In this document: piece by piece, positions 1 to 13,031 of the stretch | Layout of the letters: each line of letters begins with the position of its first letter | Position numbering within the stretch: position 1 is the first letter of the stretch | NCBI GenBank assembly: GCA_030390025.1 | Contig: CM059425.1 | Coordinates: forward strand, 169,696,001 to 169,760,000 | Direction: 5' to 3' | Source: Squalus acanthias | Taxonomy: Eukaryota | DNA: 64,000 nucleotides | Program-made: the position numbers and the translations under genes | Notes under the pieces: generated by a model | The model's input: only the letters and a program-made list of their open reading frames with translations | Told to the model about the DNA's origin: nothing | Databases searched by the model: none

Positions 1-3000
1 ACAGCAAAAGAAAAATCACCTAAAAGTATAAACCTGCCAATTAGTGTTGGCTTTAACTGCAATCCCTCCATCGGCCACAGGAGTGCTTCGGAGGGGTAAC
101 CAAAGCTTGGCCAATGAGAAGGTTGGGAGGGGGAGCGGTTGTAGGCCTGTAGGAAGCTACTGAGATAGGGAAGGGTGAGGCCAGGGGAGCAATTTATTGG
201 TAAAATGGATGTCTGTGAGTTGCTTTTCTTCCTCACTGTACTTTCACCTCTGGAACCTGACTTAAAATGCAGCCTGGACTGATAGATTGAATTCGCCAAA
301 ATTTGTTGCTGTACAGGTCCTACAGTCTTATTTCTGTTTGAAAGGGAATAGTAAAAAAGTACAAGACTGACTATAAATTAGCAATCTCATATCACAGAGA
401 CACATAAGGATTGTTGTTTTGGGAAGTGCAGTTTGCAGAGTCAGTGCGAGGGCATTGTTCTTCTGCTTCAGCTGATAATTTTTTTCCCCCTCTTTAGGGG
501 TCCAAGCCACTTCCCTAGGCTTGATATGCTCCCCCCCCCCCACGCCCCCGCCCCCCCCCCCCCACACTGCCTCAGTGGGTCCACTTTTACCCTTATGGAA
601 TCTGTTCCTTCTTATTTGCACTCACTCAAAAGAGGGGGCAGAAAGTTATGCGCTCCTGTACACCTTAAAGCACTGCAGCATAATTCCAAAAACAAAATCC
701 CCTGTATCCACACAGCTCACCCTTCCAGCAGCAAAGAAGTTGTCCTCGTGCTGAACCAATGTCCAAACAGCTAAAGAACTTCCAAGGGTAAGTTGCTAGC
801 TGCTGCTTTAAGGATGTTCTTTTCTGAAGGCATGTTTCTAAACATTTATCTGCCCGCTGCTAGCCCTGGAAATGACATGGAATGCATGGCAACGTCACTT
901 CTGTGTGACCATCGCCCGCTTTGCCCCAGGAAATGTGCATCATGCGCAAGAAAGGAGGAGACCCAGTGTTGCGGGTCTGTGCCCCTATTTCCTGTCCAGA
1001 ACACCTGGGACACTAGTGCTCATGGGGCACTGCAGACATGAAAAATTGGCCCCGGAGTCTGTGCTCACTTGGCCACTTGGGTGAGGTACTGGAGGGTGTC
1101 CAGTGTCTGTGGAACGGTATCCAGAACAAAGGAATCAATGCCTTAATGAAGGAAGGAGAGAAAACTGGTCGAAAGTAACATTTAAAAATGTGGGAAAAAA
1201 ATTATGCTGGTGTTTTTTGTCAAACTTCAGCTTTTGTGAAGTGCAGCATGTTAGAAAGGAGGACAGGTCCCCAGTGCTACTCTAAATACAGGCTTGACTT
1301 TTGCCTCCAGTGTCTGTGTCAACACCTACTGACATTCTGCCCAGTTAACTTCAAGAGTGAGGAAGGAAAGGAGACTAAAGCTGTACCCTTGGGTCCTTCC
1401 TTAGTGCCTTGATTCGTGGTTTGGCCTCCAGGTACAGCCTCAACCATCCAAAGAGCTGTATTTAATCTCATAATCAAAACTGTTAGGAAGGCAGCATGTG
1501 TGCCTGCATTAAAGGGAGCTCCCTGGGCTGCGCCTGGGAAGAGGACAACTTCTTCTTTCCATTTGTCTTCTTAATACCGAGGGAGGTTTTGACCATGGCG
1601 GAGAGTTATGATTTCCCACTCCTCACTTTTTTAACGATTTTCAGATTTTCGCAACAGCATTATAATTTATTCTGGTCAATTCTGGCTGACTATCAGCCTT
1701 AGGGTAGACCATGAAAAACAGAACAGTGAATAATAGTATCTGTGGGTGTTTCATTTCTAGGTGTGATAATCAATCACTGTTATATGAAGAGATGAAAAAA
1801 AAGGCACAACTGATAAAAATCCTAAAAAAAACCACACACAACTATTAAGCAGCACTGTTAGTAACAAGATGAAAACAGGCAATGAATTTACAAATAAGGA
1901 TTTGCTTTTTAAAGTCCATAAAATTAAATCCAAAATTGTTTACTGTTTGCCAATCCTAATTTGCTATGAGATGGAGGGCAGCCTTTTTCTTGAGAATCCC
2001 ATTTATCATGACTGAATCAACAAGACTTCACTGATACTACATCTCCTACAGAACTCACATGCTGTTCCAATCAGGAGGATCGAACTGAATGCAATCTCCC
2101 AGGGATTTTGCTCATGGCCACCTGGGTTCAGCTCACACACCAGACATTATTAAGTTACTAAATGATGCGAGTAGAGTTTATATTTCCAACAGAAAAGGGC
2201 AGGAGGTTCACATCTGACATTATACCAACTCACTCATGTGATTCTCCCGTTTCACCACCCGCCTCATCTCCAAGTTCAAGTGGTAGGAGTTTTAATTGTT
2301 AACTATGAATGGAGTAAATAATGGTATCATTTACACGCAACTATTTTCTGATTGAGCTGCAGATTTCCAATAATTATGAATAAGCAGCTGTGGTATAAAC
2401 AGAGCTTACAGTTCCAATAACCAATCAGGTTAAGAGATTTAAGTGCAGGGTCATTCCAAATGCTCTCCAGCCATCCTGGGCCAACTCCCACTTCCTGGGT
2501 TAAATATTTGGGGGTTTTATGCCACCCGTTACCGGCAAAAAGTAGCGAAAAGAGGGCGGCCGCCGCTCTTTCGCCAGCTGGTGGCGGGTCCCGCGGCGTC
2601 CGCCATTTTCCAAGGCCCGGCAGCGCTGACAGTAAGATCAATGACCCTGCAAATTTAAATGAGGGAGAGGTGACGTCAGTCTTAACGTCACCTTAGCGAA
2701 CTTCGACCTGAGCGTTGAGTTCATCGTTGGGTCCTAAGCTCGCCATGAAAACAGTGTTCAGCAGGCTGACAGAGGCACCTTTTAAAGGGACACACACATC
2801 TTTCAGGTAAGTTTGTATTTAAGCTTTTGGACTGGATTTTTTTGATTTTATTGAAGCAGTGGCTTGCTGTAATAGATGTTAAAAGTTTTTTAAGTGTGTA
2901 GGGAGTGTGCTGGAAGCTTGCAAGGATCGGATGATAAAGGAAGGCCTCTGAGAAGACAGAAAATGCAGCAAATACTCAGCAGGTCGGGGAACATCCGTGG

Positions 3001-4047
3001 AGAGAGAAACAGAGCTCACGGCCGGAATTTTCTGGGGTCTGTGCAGGCATGATCAGAGGCAGGCCAGGTGGGAAATTTGAAAAAAGTCGGAGCAGGTCGG
3101 GAACCCGCCGTCATCCCGCCCCCATGCCTGCCTCTGCCGGTGTGGCAATGACCTGACCGGCGGAGGTGGGCGTATTAATTGAAATAATTATCAGCTTGCT
3201 GTCAGATACTTAAGCGCCTTTTTCTCCCTACCTTTCCAATTTCCCTGGCTGCCCACGGGATTCACACAGCTCGGGAACCATGTCTGTCAACCTGAGGCAG
3301 GAGTTGAGTGGCCATTGATCCAACTGATTACTTGACAGCATCAAATGTAGTATAAAAGCTCCGACCTCACAGCTGATCACTTTCCTCAGGCAGAAGCTGT
3401 TGCTGACTGCATTCCCAGCACAGATTCTGCAGGCTGCAAGTGTTTCCAGCAAAGTCTCCATCCAGTGTCACCTCATTGGAAGAACCTCTCTCACCATTGA
3501 CTGATTACTTCTGTAAAATCTACTACACCTGCCATCTATTCCATCAGCATGGGTGCCCTTTATACTGTTTCACCTTGGTCCTCAGAATCTGACCACTAAG
3601 CCCCTTCCAAAGGTGCACACGAATTTCTCCAAGAAAGTGGTGAAAATAAAGATTTTTATGGTTGAGATCACATTAACGGAAACTTGACATTAACATTAAA
3701 TAAAACACCCAAGTGGCTACCCTTGTGAATCTACTTGTGTGTCATCTTTCTCTTATGCGTGCTTCTATGAGGTGCTACCCCTGTGGCTTCAGAAGACGTA
3801 GAGGCAACCTGCTCACTTCCCTGCTGTGACTGCTTAGACACTCTTGGTGAATGTCCTCTGGGTTTTGGAGTCTCTGAGGGCCCCGCCAAAGCCTGCTCCT
3901 CCTGCGACTGTACAGGGGCAGACTCAGCCATCGCTGTCCGAGGAGGCATCTGGGGCTCTGACTGAGAGGGTAGCAATGGGGGAGAAGTGTGAGTGCTTTG
4001 AGAGGAGCCCACACTTCCATGTCCTCTCTCATCATCATCTCTCTCAT

Positions 4048-7000
4048 AGAAACATAGAAAAATAGGAGCAGGAGTAGGCCATTCAGCCCTTCGAGCCTTC
4101 TCTGCCATTCAATATGATCATGGCTGATCCTCTATCTCAATACCATATTCCCGCTCTCTCGCCATATCCCTTGATGCCTTTTGTGTCTAGAAATATATCT
4201 ATCTCCTTTTTAAATATATTCAGTGATTTGGCCTCCACAGCCTTCTGTGGTAGAGAATTCCACAGGTTCACCACCCTCTGAGTGAAGAAATTTCTCCTCA
4301 TCTCAGTCCTAAATGTCCTACCCCATATCCTGAGACTGTGACTCCTCGTTCTAGACCCCCCCAGCCAGGGGAAACATCCTCCCTGCATCCAGTCTGTCTA
4401 GCCCTGTCAGAATTTTATATGTTTCAATGAGATCCCCTCTCATTCTTCGAAATTCTAGTGAATACAGGCCTAGTCGACCCAATCTCTCCTCATACGACAG
4501 TCCTGCCATCCCAGGAATCAGTCTGGTGAACCTTCGCTGCACTCCCTCTATGGCAAGTATATCCTTTCTTAGGTAAGGAGACCAAAACTGCACACAGTAC
4601 TCCAGGTGTGGTCTCACCAAGGCCCTGTACAACTGTAATAAGACATCCTTGTTCCTGTACTCAAATCCTCTTGCAATGAAGGCCAACATACCATTTGCCT
4701 TCTTAACTGCTTGCTGCACCTGCATGTTTGCTTTCAGTGACTGGTGTACAAGGACACCCAGGTCCCTCTGTACATCAACATTTCCCAATCTATCACCATT
4801 TAAATAATACTCTACCTTTCTGTTTTTCCTACCAAAGTGGATAACTTCACATTTATCCACATTATACTGCATCTGCCATGTATTTGCCCACTCACTCAAC
4901 TTGCCTAAATTGCCTTGAAGCCTCTTTGCATCCTCCTCACAACTCACAATCCCACCTAGTTTCATGTCGTCAGCAAACTTGGAAATATTATATTTGGTTC
5001 CCTCATCCAAATCATTGATATATATTGTGAATAGCTGGGGCCCAAGCACTGATCCCTGTGGTACCCCACTAGTCACCGCCTGCCACGCCGAAAAAGACCC
5101 ATTTATTCCTACTCTCTGTTTCCTGTCTGTTAACCAATTTTCAATCCATGCCAGTATATTACCCCTAATCCCATGTGCTTTAATTTTGCACACTAACCTC
5201 TTATGTGGGACTTCTGAAAATCCAAATACACCACATCCACTGATTCTCCCTTATCTATTCTACCAGTTACATCCTCAAAAAACTCCAGTAGGTTTGTCAA
5301 ACACGATTTCCCTTTCATAAATCCATGTTGAATCTGTCTAACCCATTGATATTTTCTACGTGTCCTATTATCACATCCTTTATAATAGACTCTAGCATTT
5401 TCCCTACTACTGATGTTAGGCTAACTGGTCTGTAGTTCCCTGTTTTCTCTCTCCCTCCTTTTTTAAATAGTGGGGTTACATTTGCCACCCTCCAATCTGC
5501 AGGAACTGTTCCATAATCTATAGAATTTTGGCCTTCATAGCGAGAGGATTCGAGTACAGGAGCAAGGATGTCTTGCTGCAGTTGTACAGGGCCTTGGTAA
5601 GACCACACCTTGAGTATTGTGTGCAGTTTTGGTCGCCTTATCTGAGGAAGGATGTTCTTGCCATGGAGGGAGTGCAGCGAAGATTCACCAGTCTGATACC
5701 TGGGATGGCAGGAATGACGTATGGAGAGAGATTGGGTCGATTGGGCTTGTATTCGCTAGAGTTTAGAAGAATGAGAGGGGATCTCATTGAAACTTATAAA
5801 ATTCAAACAGGACTAGACAGACTAGATGCAGGAAGGATGTTCCCGATGGTGGGGGAGTCCTGAACCAGGGGTCACAGATAAGGGGTAAGCCATTTAGGAC
5901 AGAGATGAGGAGGAATTTCTTTACCCAGAGAGTGGTGAACCTATGGAATTCTCTACCACAGAAGGCAGTTGAGGCCAATTCATTAAATATATTCAAGAAG
6001 GAGTTAGATATATTTTTTAAGGCTAAAGGGATCAAGGGATATGGGGAGAAAGCAGGGACAGGGTACTGAATTTGGATGATCAGCCATGATCTCATTAAAT
6101 GGCGGAACAGGCTCGAGGGGCCGAATGGCCTACTCCTGCTCCTATCTTCTATGTTTCTATGTTTGGAAGATGACAACCAATGCATCCACTATTTCCATGG
6201 CTACCTCCTTTAATACTCTGGGATGCAGATTATTAGGCCCTGGGGATTTATCAGCTTTCAGTCCCATTAATTTCTCCAGTACTATTTTTTTACTAATACT
6301 AATTTCCTTTAATTCCTCCTTCTCACTAGACCCTTGGTTCCCTAGCATTTCTGGAAAGTTATTTGTGTCCTCTGCCATGAAGACAGAACCAAAGTATGTG
6401 TTTAATTGCTCTGCCATTTCCTTGTTCCCCATTATAAATTCTCCCATTTCTGACTGTAAGGGACCTACATTTGTCTTCACTAATCTTTTTCTTTTTACAT
6501 ACTTGTAGAAGTTTTTACAATCCGCTTTTATGTTCCTTGCAAGTTTACTCTCATTCTCTATTTTTCCACTCTTAATCAATTTCTTGGTCCTTTTTTGCTG
6601 AATTCTAAACTGCTCCCAATCCTCAGGCTTGCTACTTTTTCTGGCATCTTTATATGACTCCTCTTTGGATTTAATACTATCCTTAATTTCTTTTGATTGC
6701 CATGGTTGGGCAGCTTTTCCTTTTGTGTTTTTGTGCCAGAAAGGAATGTATAACTGTTGCAATTCATGCATTCGTTCCTTAAATGTTAGCCATTGCCTAT
6801 CCACCGTCATGCCTTTTAATGAAGCTCCCCAATCTATCATAGCCAACTCACTCCTCATACCTTCATAGTTTCCTTTGTTTAGATTTAGGACCCTAGTTTT
6901 GGATTGGACTTCTTCACTTTCCATTTTAATGAAGAATTCCTACATGTTATGGTCACTCTTCCCTAAAGGACCCCACACAACAAAATTATTAATTCACCCC

Positions 7001-7258
7001 TTCTCATTGCATAATACCCAATCTAGGATAGCCCGTTCCCAGTTGGCTCCTCAACGTACTGCTCTAAAAAACCATCTCGTACACACTCCAGGAATTCATC
7101 CTCCACATTATTATTTCTAATTTGGTTTGGCCAGTCTATATGTAGATTAAAGTCACCCATGATTACTGTAGTACCCTTGTTACATGCATCTCTAATTTCC
7201 TGTTTGTTGCCCTCCCCTACATTACCACTACTGTTTGGAGGCCTATAGACAACTCCTA
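4048..7258 (-). mobile_element. 5'-truncated CR1 LINE (partial APE endonuclease + RT)
   Basis: RT motifs GVPQGSVLGP and FADD; APE motif MGDFN; (TTCTATGT)n-type tail; TSD TCTCAT (4042-4047, 7259-7264); frameshifts. Confidence 0.95.
5532..6161 (+). mobile_element. Short CR1 3' fragment inserted antisense into another CR1
   Basis: RT C-terminus (LVRPHLEYCVQFWSP), 3' UTR and tail; TSD TTTGG (5527-5531, 6162-6166); uninterrupted site seen in the related copy near 27400. Confidence 0.93.
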
Positions 7259-9174
7259 TCTCATGGGCCACCCACACGTCCCTGCTAGCAAGGAGCTGGA
7301 GAGCACCTTGCTGCATATCAGTGGTGCCATGAGGACTCACGTCTACGCTGACATCCCTCCTAGAGAGGAGGTTTATGAGCCTCTGCCATCTATTCTCCAT
7401 AGAGACCATGTGCTCCTGTGAGTGGCACATGCAGGTGGCCATCCTTTCCATTGAAGAGCCTACAGTCGCCATCGCCTGCGACACCGTGGTGCTCATGTTG
7501 GAGATGAACTCCTCCATTCTCTGAACATTTGCCGACATCGCTGTCACAAAACATATCAGAGCCTCCTGCACTTCTTCCTGCACCTCCAGGATCACCCTCT
7601 TTCTGGATGGCCCCCGAGGCTCAGCATCTGCATGTAGCTGAGCAGAGCTGGGAGCGTCCTGTGCCCTCCGGCAAGGAATCTCCACTGCTGTCCCTGTCTC
7701 CACCATCTGGTTTTGCTCACTTGTGAGTTGTGAGACACCAGGTGACAACAGTACGCTATCTCGCGTGAGACCCACTGAGGTGTGCATATCTGCGCTGGTG
7801 CTGGGTGCGCTTATGCCTGGTGGCGGTGCCGCCTCAGAGGTTGGAGGCTCCTCTGAGGGGGGGTGGTGGTGGTGGTGATGGGCTCTTGATGGACCTGTAG
7901 GAGAGTATAGAGATGAGTTAGATATGTCATATGAATAATGGGTACAGATACCATTATGCACCTGATGACCATTCAGTGGCTGATGACATCAGTCCCCATT
8001 TGAGTGACTGATTTATGCCATGTAGCTGTTTGATATGTAATTCTGTCACCAGGTTGCTGAGATGTCCCCCTCTCTCCGTCTCCCACCTCCAGCTGCTCTG
8101 CGAATCCCGATACTTCTAACGCAGCCTCCTCTGCTGTTGTAAGGTTTGCAAATGATGGCGTTCCACCTCCGGTTCTCTCACTCTCCCTCTTATTTTGGGC
8201 TTTCTTTTCCTGCAAGGAGGGAAAGAAGAGAAGGTTGAGTGAGAGTGATGAAATGAGTGTAACAAATGGATGGGTTTGATCTTTAGAGGGAGACTATAAT
8301 GAAGTGCCAAGTGGCCTCCTTGTGTGTTGTTAGTTGGTATGATTGTGTTAGGATGAGGGTGAGTGTGAGGGGTGGCTAATAAGATGGGGATGTGATAATG
8401 TAGATAGAAAGAGGGATGGGTGGAGGTGCAAGATATGTTGGTGTGAGTAAGGATGTGCAGGAGCAGGGTTGGGAAGGCAGAGTGATGGGGATGTGATGAG
8501 TGGCACAGCAGGATGAAGTTGAGTGTGGCTTTGTACTCACCTTTCCTGATCTAATGAGATCATTGAAACATTTCCGGCACTGCACCCAGGTCCTCCTGAC
8601 CACATCCCTGCTGTTGACCTCCTCTGCAATTTGGAGCCAGGCTCTTTTTGTCTCCTGGGGAGGTCTCTTCCGCCCATTCGCAGGGAAGAGGACCTCCCTG
8701 CATGCTCTGACTCCCTCCACAAGCATATGGACGGAGTCATTGGAGAACCTGGGTGCAGCCCTCTGCCTCTGTGCAGTCATGTTTTCAAGTGTTTGGAACA
8801 ATCAAAAGCTCCAGTGAAGTGACTGCACACTCCTAGATGAACCTTCAAATGCAATGTGGCCATGGCTCCTTTAAATATCCCAGCTGAAAACGCGTCATGG
8901 ATGACGTCATCAGACCTGAACCATTTAATAGGGCCGGGTAATGCGCAGGGCGGGCTTAATAGGCCCCACTAGCGCATAGTCTATTTCTGGAGTGGGATGG
9001 AAGCAGCAACGGGGTCACACCCCACCACGGCGACCGCCCGCATCCGACCCGCCCAGGTACAGAAAATTCCAGTCCACGCCTCAGGTTTAGATGTTGCCTG
9101 ATCTACTGAGTATTTCCAGCAATTTATGCTGTCATTTCAGATTTAAGTGAGAAGTCGCACAACACCAGGTTATA

Positions 9175-11316
9175 AGAACATAACATAAGAACATAAGAAA
9201 TAGGAGCAGGAGTAGGCCAATCGGCCCCTCGAGCCTGCTCCGCCATTCAATAAGATCATGGCTGATCTGATCCTAACCGCCAATCTACTATCTATCACAG
9301 AACCATCTCCTGCATCTAACAGAATTGCACACACGAAATAGGAGCAGAATCAGGCTACACAGTCCCTGGGCCCGCTCCACTACCCACAGGGCCATGACCG
9401 ATCCGAACCTAGACTCATGTCCAAATTCCTGCCCGCTCCCCGTAACCCTTAATGCCCTTTACTTCTAGGAAACTGTCTATTTCTGTTTTAAATTTAATTA
9501 ATGTTGTAGCTTCTACAGCTTTTTGTGGCAGCATATTCCATGGACCTACCACCCTCTGAGTGAAGTAGTTCCTCCTCATCTCAGTTTTGAAAGAGCAGCC
9601 CCTTATTCTAAGACTATGTCCCCTAGTTCTCGTCTCACCCGTCATCGGGAACATCCTCCCCGCATCCACCCGATCCAACCCCTTCACAATCTTATATGTT
9701 TCAATAAGATCGCCTCTCATTCTTCTGAACTCCAATGAGTAGAGTCCCAATCTACCCAACCTCTCCTCATATGACCACCCCCTCATCCCCGGGATTAACC
9801 GAGTGAACCTTTTTTGCACTGCCTCGAGAGCAAGGATGTCTTTCCTTAAGTAAGGACACCAAAACTGTATGCAGTATTCCAGGTGCGGTCTCACCAATAC
9901 CTTGTACAACTGAAGCAATACCTCCCTATTTTTATATTCTATCCCCCTAGCAATGAAAGCCAACATTCCATTTGCCTTCTTAATCACTTGCTGCACCTGC
10001 ATACTAACCTTTTGAGTTTCGTGCACCAGGACCCCCAGATCCCTTTGCACTTCAGTACTCTCCAGTTTCCTGCCATTAAGATAATAAATTGCTCTAGGAT
10101 TTTTCCTGCCAAAGTGCATCACCTCACACTTTCCAGTGTTGTATTCCATCTGCCAAATCTCTGCCCACTTACTTAGCCTGTCTATGTCCCCTTGCAGGTT
10201 TTTTATGTCCTCCTCACTCACTACTTTCCCTCCCATCTTTGTATCATCTGCAAATTTTGATATGTTACACTTGGTCCCTTCCTCCAAATCGTTAATATAG
10301 ATTGTGAAGAGTTGGGGACCCAGCACTGACCCCTGTGGAACACCACTAGTTACTGATTGCCAGTCTGAGAATGAACCATTTATCCCAACTCTTTGCTTTC
10401 TGTTAGATAGCCAATCCTCTATCCATGCCAGAATATTACCCCCAATCCCGTGATTTTTTACCTTAAGCAATAATCTTTTGTGTGGCACCTTGTCAAATGC
10501 CTTTTGGAAGTCTAAATACACTACGTCCACTGGTTCCCCTTTATCCACTCTATATGTTACTTCCTCAAAGAACTCCAGCAAATTTGTCAAACATGACTTC
10601 CCCTTCGTAAAACCATGCTGACTTTGTCCTATTAAATTATGATTATCCAAATGTCCTGTTACTGTTTCCTTAATAATGGACTCCAAAATTTTACCTACCA
10701 CAGATGTTAGGCTAACCGGTCTATAGTTACCAGCCTTCTGTCTACTGCCCTTTTTAAATAAGGGTGTTACATTAGCAGTTTTCCAGTCTGCCGGGACCTT
10801 AGCGGAATCCAGGGTGTTTTGAAAAATTATTACCAATGCATCTACAATCCCTACCGCCACTTCCTTCAAGACTCTAGGATGTAAGCCATCAGGTCCAGGT
10901 GATTTATCCGCCTTGAGTCCCATTATTTTACCGAGTACCACTTCCTTAGTGATTTTGATCGTGTTTAGCTCCTCTCCCCCTATAGCCCCCTGTTTGTCCA
11001 GTGTTGGGATATTCTTAGTGTCCTCTACTGTAAAGACTGATACAAAATATTCATTCAGTGTTTTTGCCATCTCCATATTTCCCACCATTAATTTCCCGGT
11101 CTCATCCTCTAAGGGACCAACATTTACTTTAGCCACCCTTTTTCTTTTTATATAACTATAAAAACTCTTACTATCTGTTTTTATATTTTTTGCTAATTTA
11201 CTTTCATAATCTATCTTCCCTTTCTTAATCAATCTTTTTGTTATTTTTTGCTGCCTTTTAAAGTTTTCCCAATCCTCTGTCCTCCCACTAGATTTCGCTA
11301 CCTTATATGCCCTTGT
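9175..11316 (-). mobile_element. 5'-truncated CR1 LINE with an uninterrupted 605-aa RT ORF (9415-11232)
   Basis: Complete RT motifs (YLDFQKAFDKV, GVPQGSVLGP, FADD); TSD TTATA (9170-9174, 11317-11321); inserted in the Penelope left arm. Confidence 0.95.
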
Positions 11317-11342
11317 TTATAGTCCAACAGTTTTATTTGAAA

Positions 11343-11380
11343 TCACAAGCTTTCGGAGCGGCTGCTCCTTCGTCAGGTGA
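11343..11380 (-). ncRNA. Minimal type I hammerhead ribozyme motif
   Basis: UCAC-CUGACGA-A-GGAGC(AGCC)GCUCC-GAAA-GC-UU-GUGA: intact core, stem I, stem II and palindromic stem III. Confidence 0.85.
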
Positions 11381-11696
11381 AGTAAAGGAATACAAAATCG
11401 ACAAAGCATATATAGATAGAGAACAATGCATGTGTAGCTTACAATGGCACACGACTACATTTAATCCTCCTGACTATTTATCTGCCGAGGTGTGACAAAA
11501 GGCAATCAGGTCAGCCAGGAAGGCACCACATCAAAGACATAGCAAGATACAACTGAGACAATGAGGTGGGGTTACAGGGGGGCTAATGTGTCAAAAGCTG
11601 CAATCGGTATGGAAAACGATAAACTTTAAAATGTTTACTTTTTTACTGGGAATCACATCTGTGAACAAGCCAACGACGACTCGAGTCTGGATGACT

Positions 11697-12012
11697 CTAC
11701 TTCATGTATCGTGACATAAACCCAAGATCCCGGTTGAGGCCGTCCTCATGAGTGCGGAACTTGGCTATCAGTTTCTGCTCGATCATTTTGCGTTGTCGTG
11801 TGTCTCTAAGGCCGCCTTGGAGAACGCTTACCCGCAGATCCGAGGCTGAATGTCCTTGACTGCTGAAGTGTTCCCTGACTGGGAGGTAACAATCCTGCCT
11901 GGCGATTGTTGCGCGGTGTCCATTCATACGTTGTCTCAGTGTCTGCATGGTCTCGCCGATGTACCATGCCGCGGTGCATTCTTTCCTGCAACGTATGAGG
12001 TAGACAACGTTG
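11697..12012 (-). pseudogene. GIY-YIG endonuclease domain fragment of a Penelope-like element
   Basis: VVY...YIGET..TLRQRMNGH...EHF...E.KLI...GLN pattern, extending upstream of ORF 11697..11948. Confidence 0.88.
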
Positions 12013-12527
12013 GCCGAGTTACCTCCCAGTCGGGGAACACTTCAGCAGTAAAGGACATTCAGCCTCGGATCTGCGGGTAAGCGTTCTCCAAGGCGGCCTT
12101 AGAGACACACGACAACACAAAATCATCGAGCAGAAACTGATAGCCAAGTTCCACACTCATGAGGACGGCCTCAACCGGGATCTTGGGTTTATGTCACGAT
12201 ACATGACGTAGAGTCATCCAGACTCGAGTCATCGTTGGCTTGTTCACAGATGTGATTCCCAGTAAAAAAGTAAAAATTTTAAAGTTTATTGTTTTCCATA
12301 CCGACTGCAGCTTTTGACACATTAGACCCCCTGTAACCCCACCTCATTGTCTCAGTTGTATCTTGCTATGTCTTTGATGTGGTGCCTTCCTGGCTGACCT
12401 GATTGCCTTTTGTCACACCTCGGCAGATAAACAGTCAGGAGGATTAAATGTAGTCGTCTGCCATTGTAAGTTACACATGCATTGTTCTCTATCTATATAT
12501 GCTTTGTCGATTTTGTATTCCTTTACT

Positions 12528-12565
12528 TCACCTGACGAAGGAGCAGCCACTCCGAAAGCTTGTGA
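12528..12565 (+). ncRNA. Minimal type I hammerhead ribozyme motif
   Basis: UCAC-CUGACGA-A-GGAG(CAGCCA)CUCC-GAAA-GC-UU-GUGA. Confidence 0.85.
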
Positions 12566-13031
12566 TTTCAAATAAAACTGTTGGACTATAACCTGGTGTT
12601 GTGCGACTTCTCACTTTTGTCCACCCCAGTCCAACACCGGCATCTCCGCATCATTTCAGATTTAAAGCATTCGCTCGCAGAGGGAAGAGGAAGATGCAGA
12701 AGAGGAAGATGCAGAAGAGGAAGTAACAGAAGAAGAAGAAGCCGAAGAGGAAGAAACGGAAGAGGAAGAAGCCAAAGAGGAGGAACCAGAAGAGGAGGGA
12801 GTAGAAGGAAGGATGCAACCCAGACAGCCCCTTTCTGGCCGGGATATCCGGGATGGAATCATCCGACTGTGGTACCAGTGACCACAACCCCAATTCCCCT
12901 TTCAACATTAGTCCTACACCTTACCTTCCCACTGTTACTCACCATCACAGTGTCCTCTTGGTCAGGATGCTGAAATAAAAGCCACCACAAAGCAAACTTT
13001 CCAATCCAACATTTATCCATCCAATATGACA

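Larger units (their letters stand above)
3731..8780 (-). pseudogene. Harbinger Myb/SANT-like DNA-binding protein gene (NAIF1/MSANTD-like), 3 exons: 8780-8541, 8209-8050, 7894-7259 + 4041-3731; interrupted by a CR1
   Basis: Motif APRFSNDSVHMLVEGV...W..IAEEVN...RTWVQCRKCFNDL. GT-AG introns in phases 0 and 1. The frame is continuous and stop-free after removing CR1 4048-7258 and one TSD copy. Confidence 0.85.
3020..9074. mobile_element. PIF/Harbinger element E (transposase deleted, Myb/SANT gene retained)
   Basis: TIRs GGCCGGAATTTTCT / reverse complement GACTGGAATTTTCT; 3-bp TSD CAC (3017-3019, 9075-9077); empty site visible in the paralogous D copy (gagttCACgtctcagg, ~51172). Confidence 0.9.
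9147..12650. mobile_element. Penelope-like retroelement insertion with head-to-head inverted arms (GIY-YIG C-terminus + pseudo-LTR)
   Basis: 15-bp TSD TCATTTCAGATTTAA (9132-9146, 12651-12665); 11317-11894 is the reverse complement of 12018-12590; minus-strand peptide VVYLIRC...WYIGETMQTLRQRMNGH...EQKLI...GLN. Confidence 0.9.

Noticed and set aside
7023..7961. Apparent Myb-endonuclease fusion ORF (similar chimeras at 3731..4108, 22089..22397, 24220..24582, 29441..30163, 62544..62882)
   Set aside because: Chance in-frame read-through across insertion junctions that are explained by TSDs or nesting.
12581..12973. Arg-, Ser- or Phe-rich ORFs
   Set aside because: Low-complexity GAA/GAG remnant of the transposase acidic tail.
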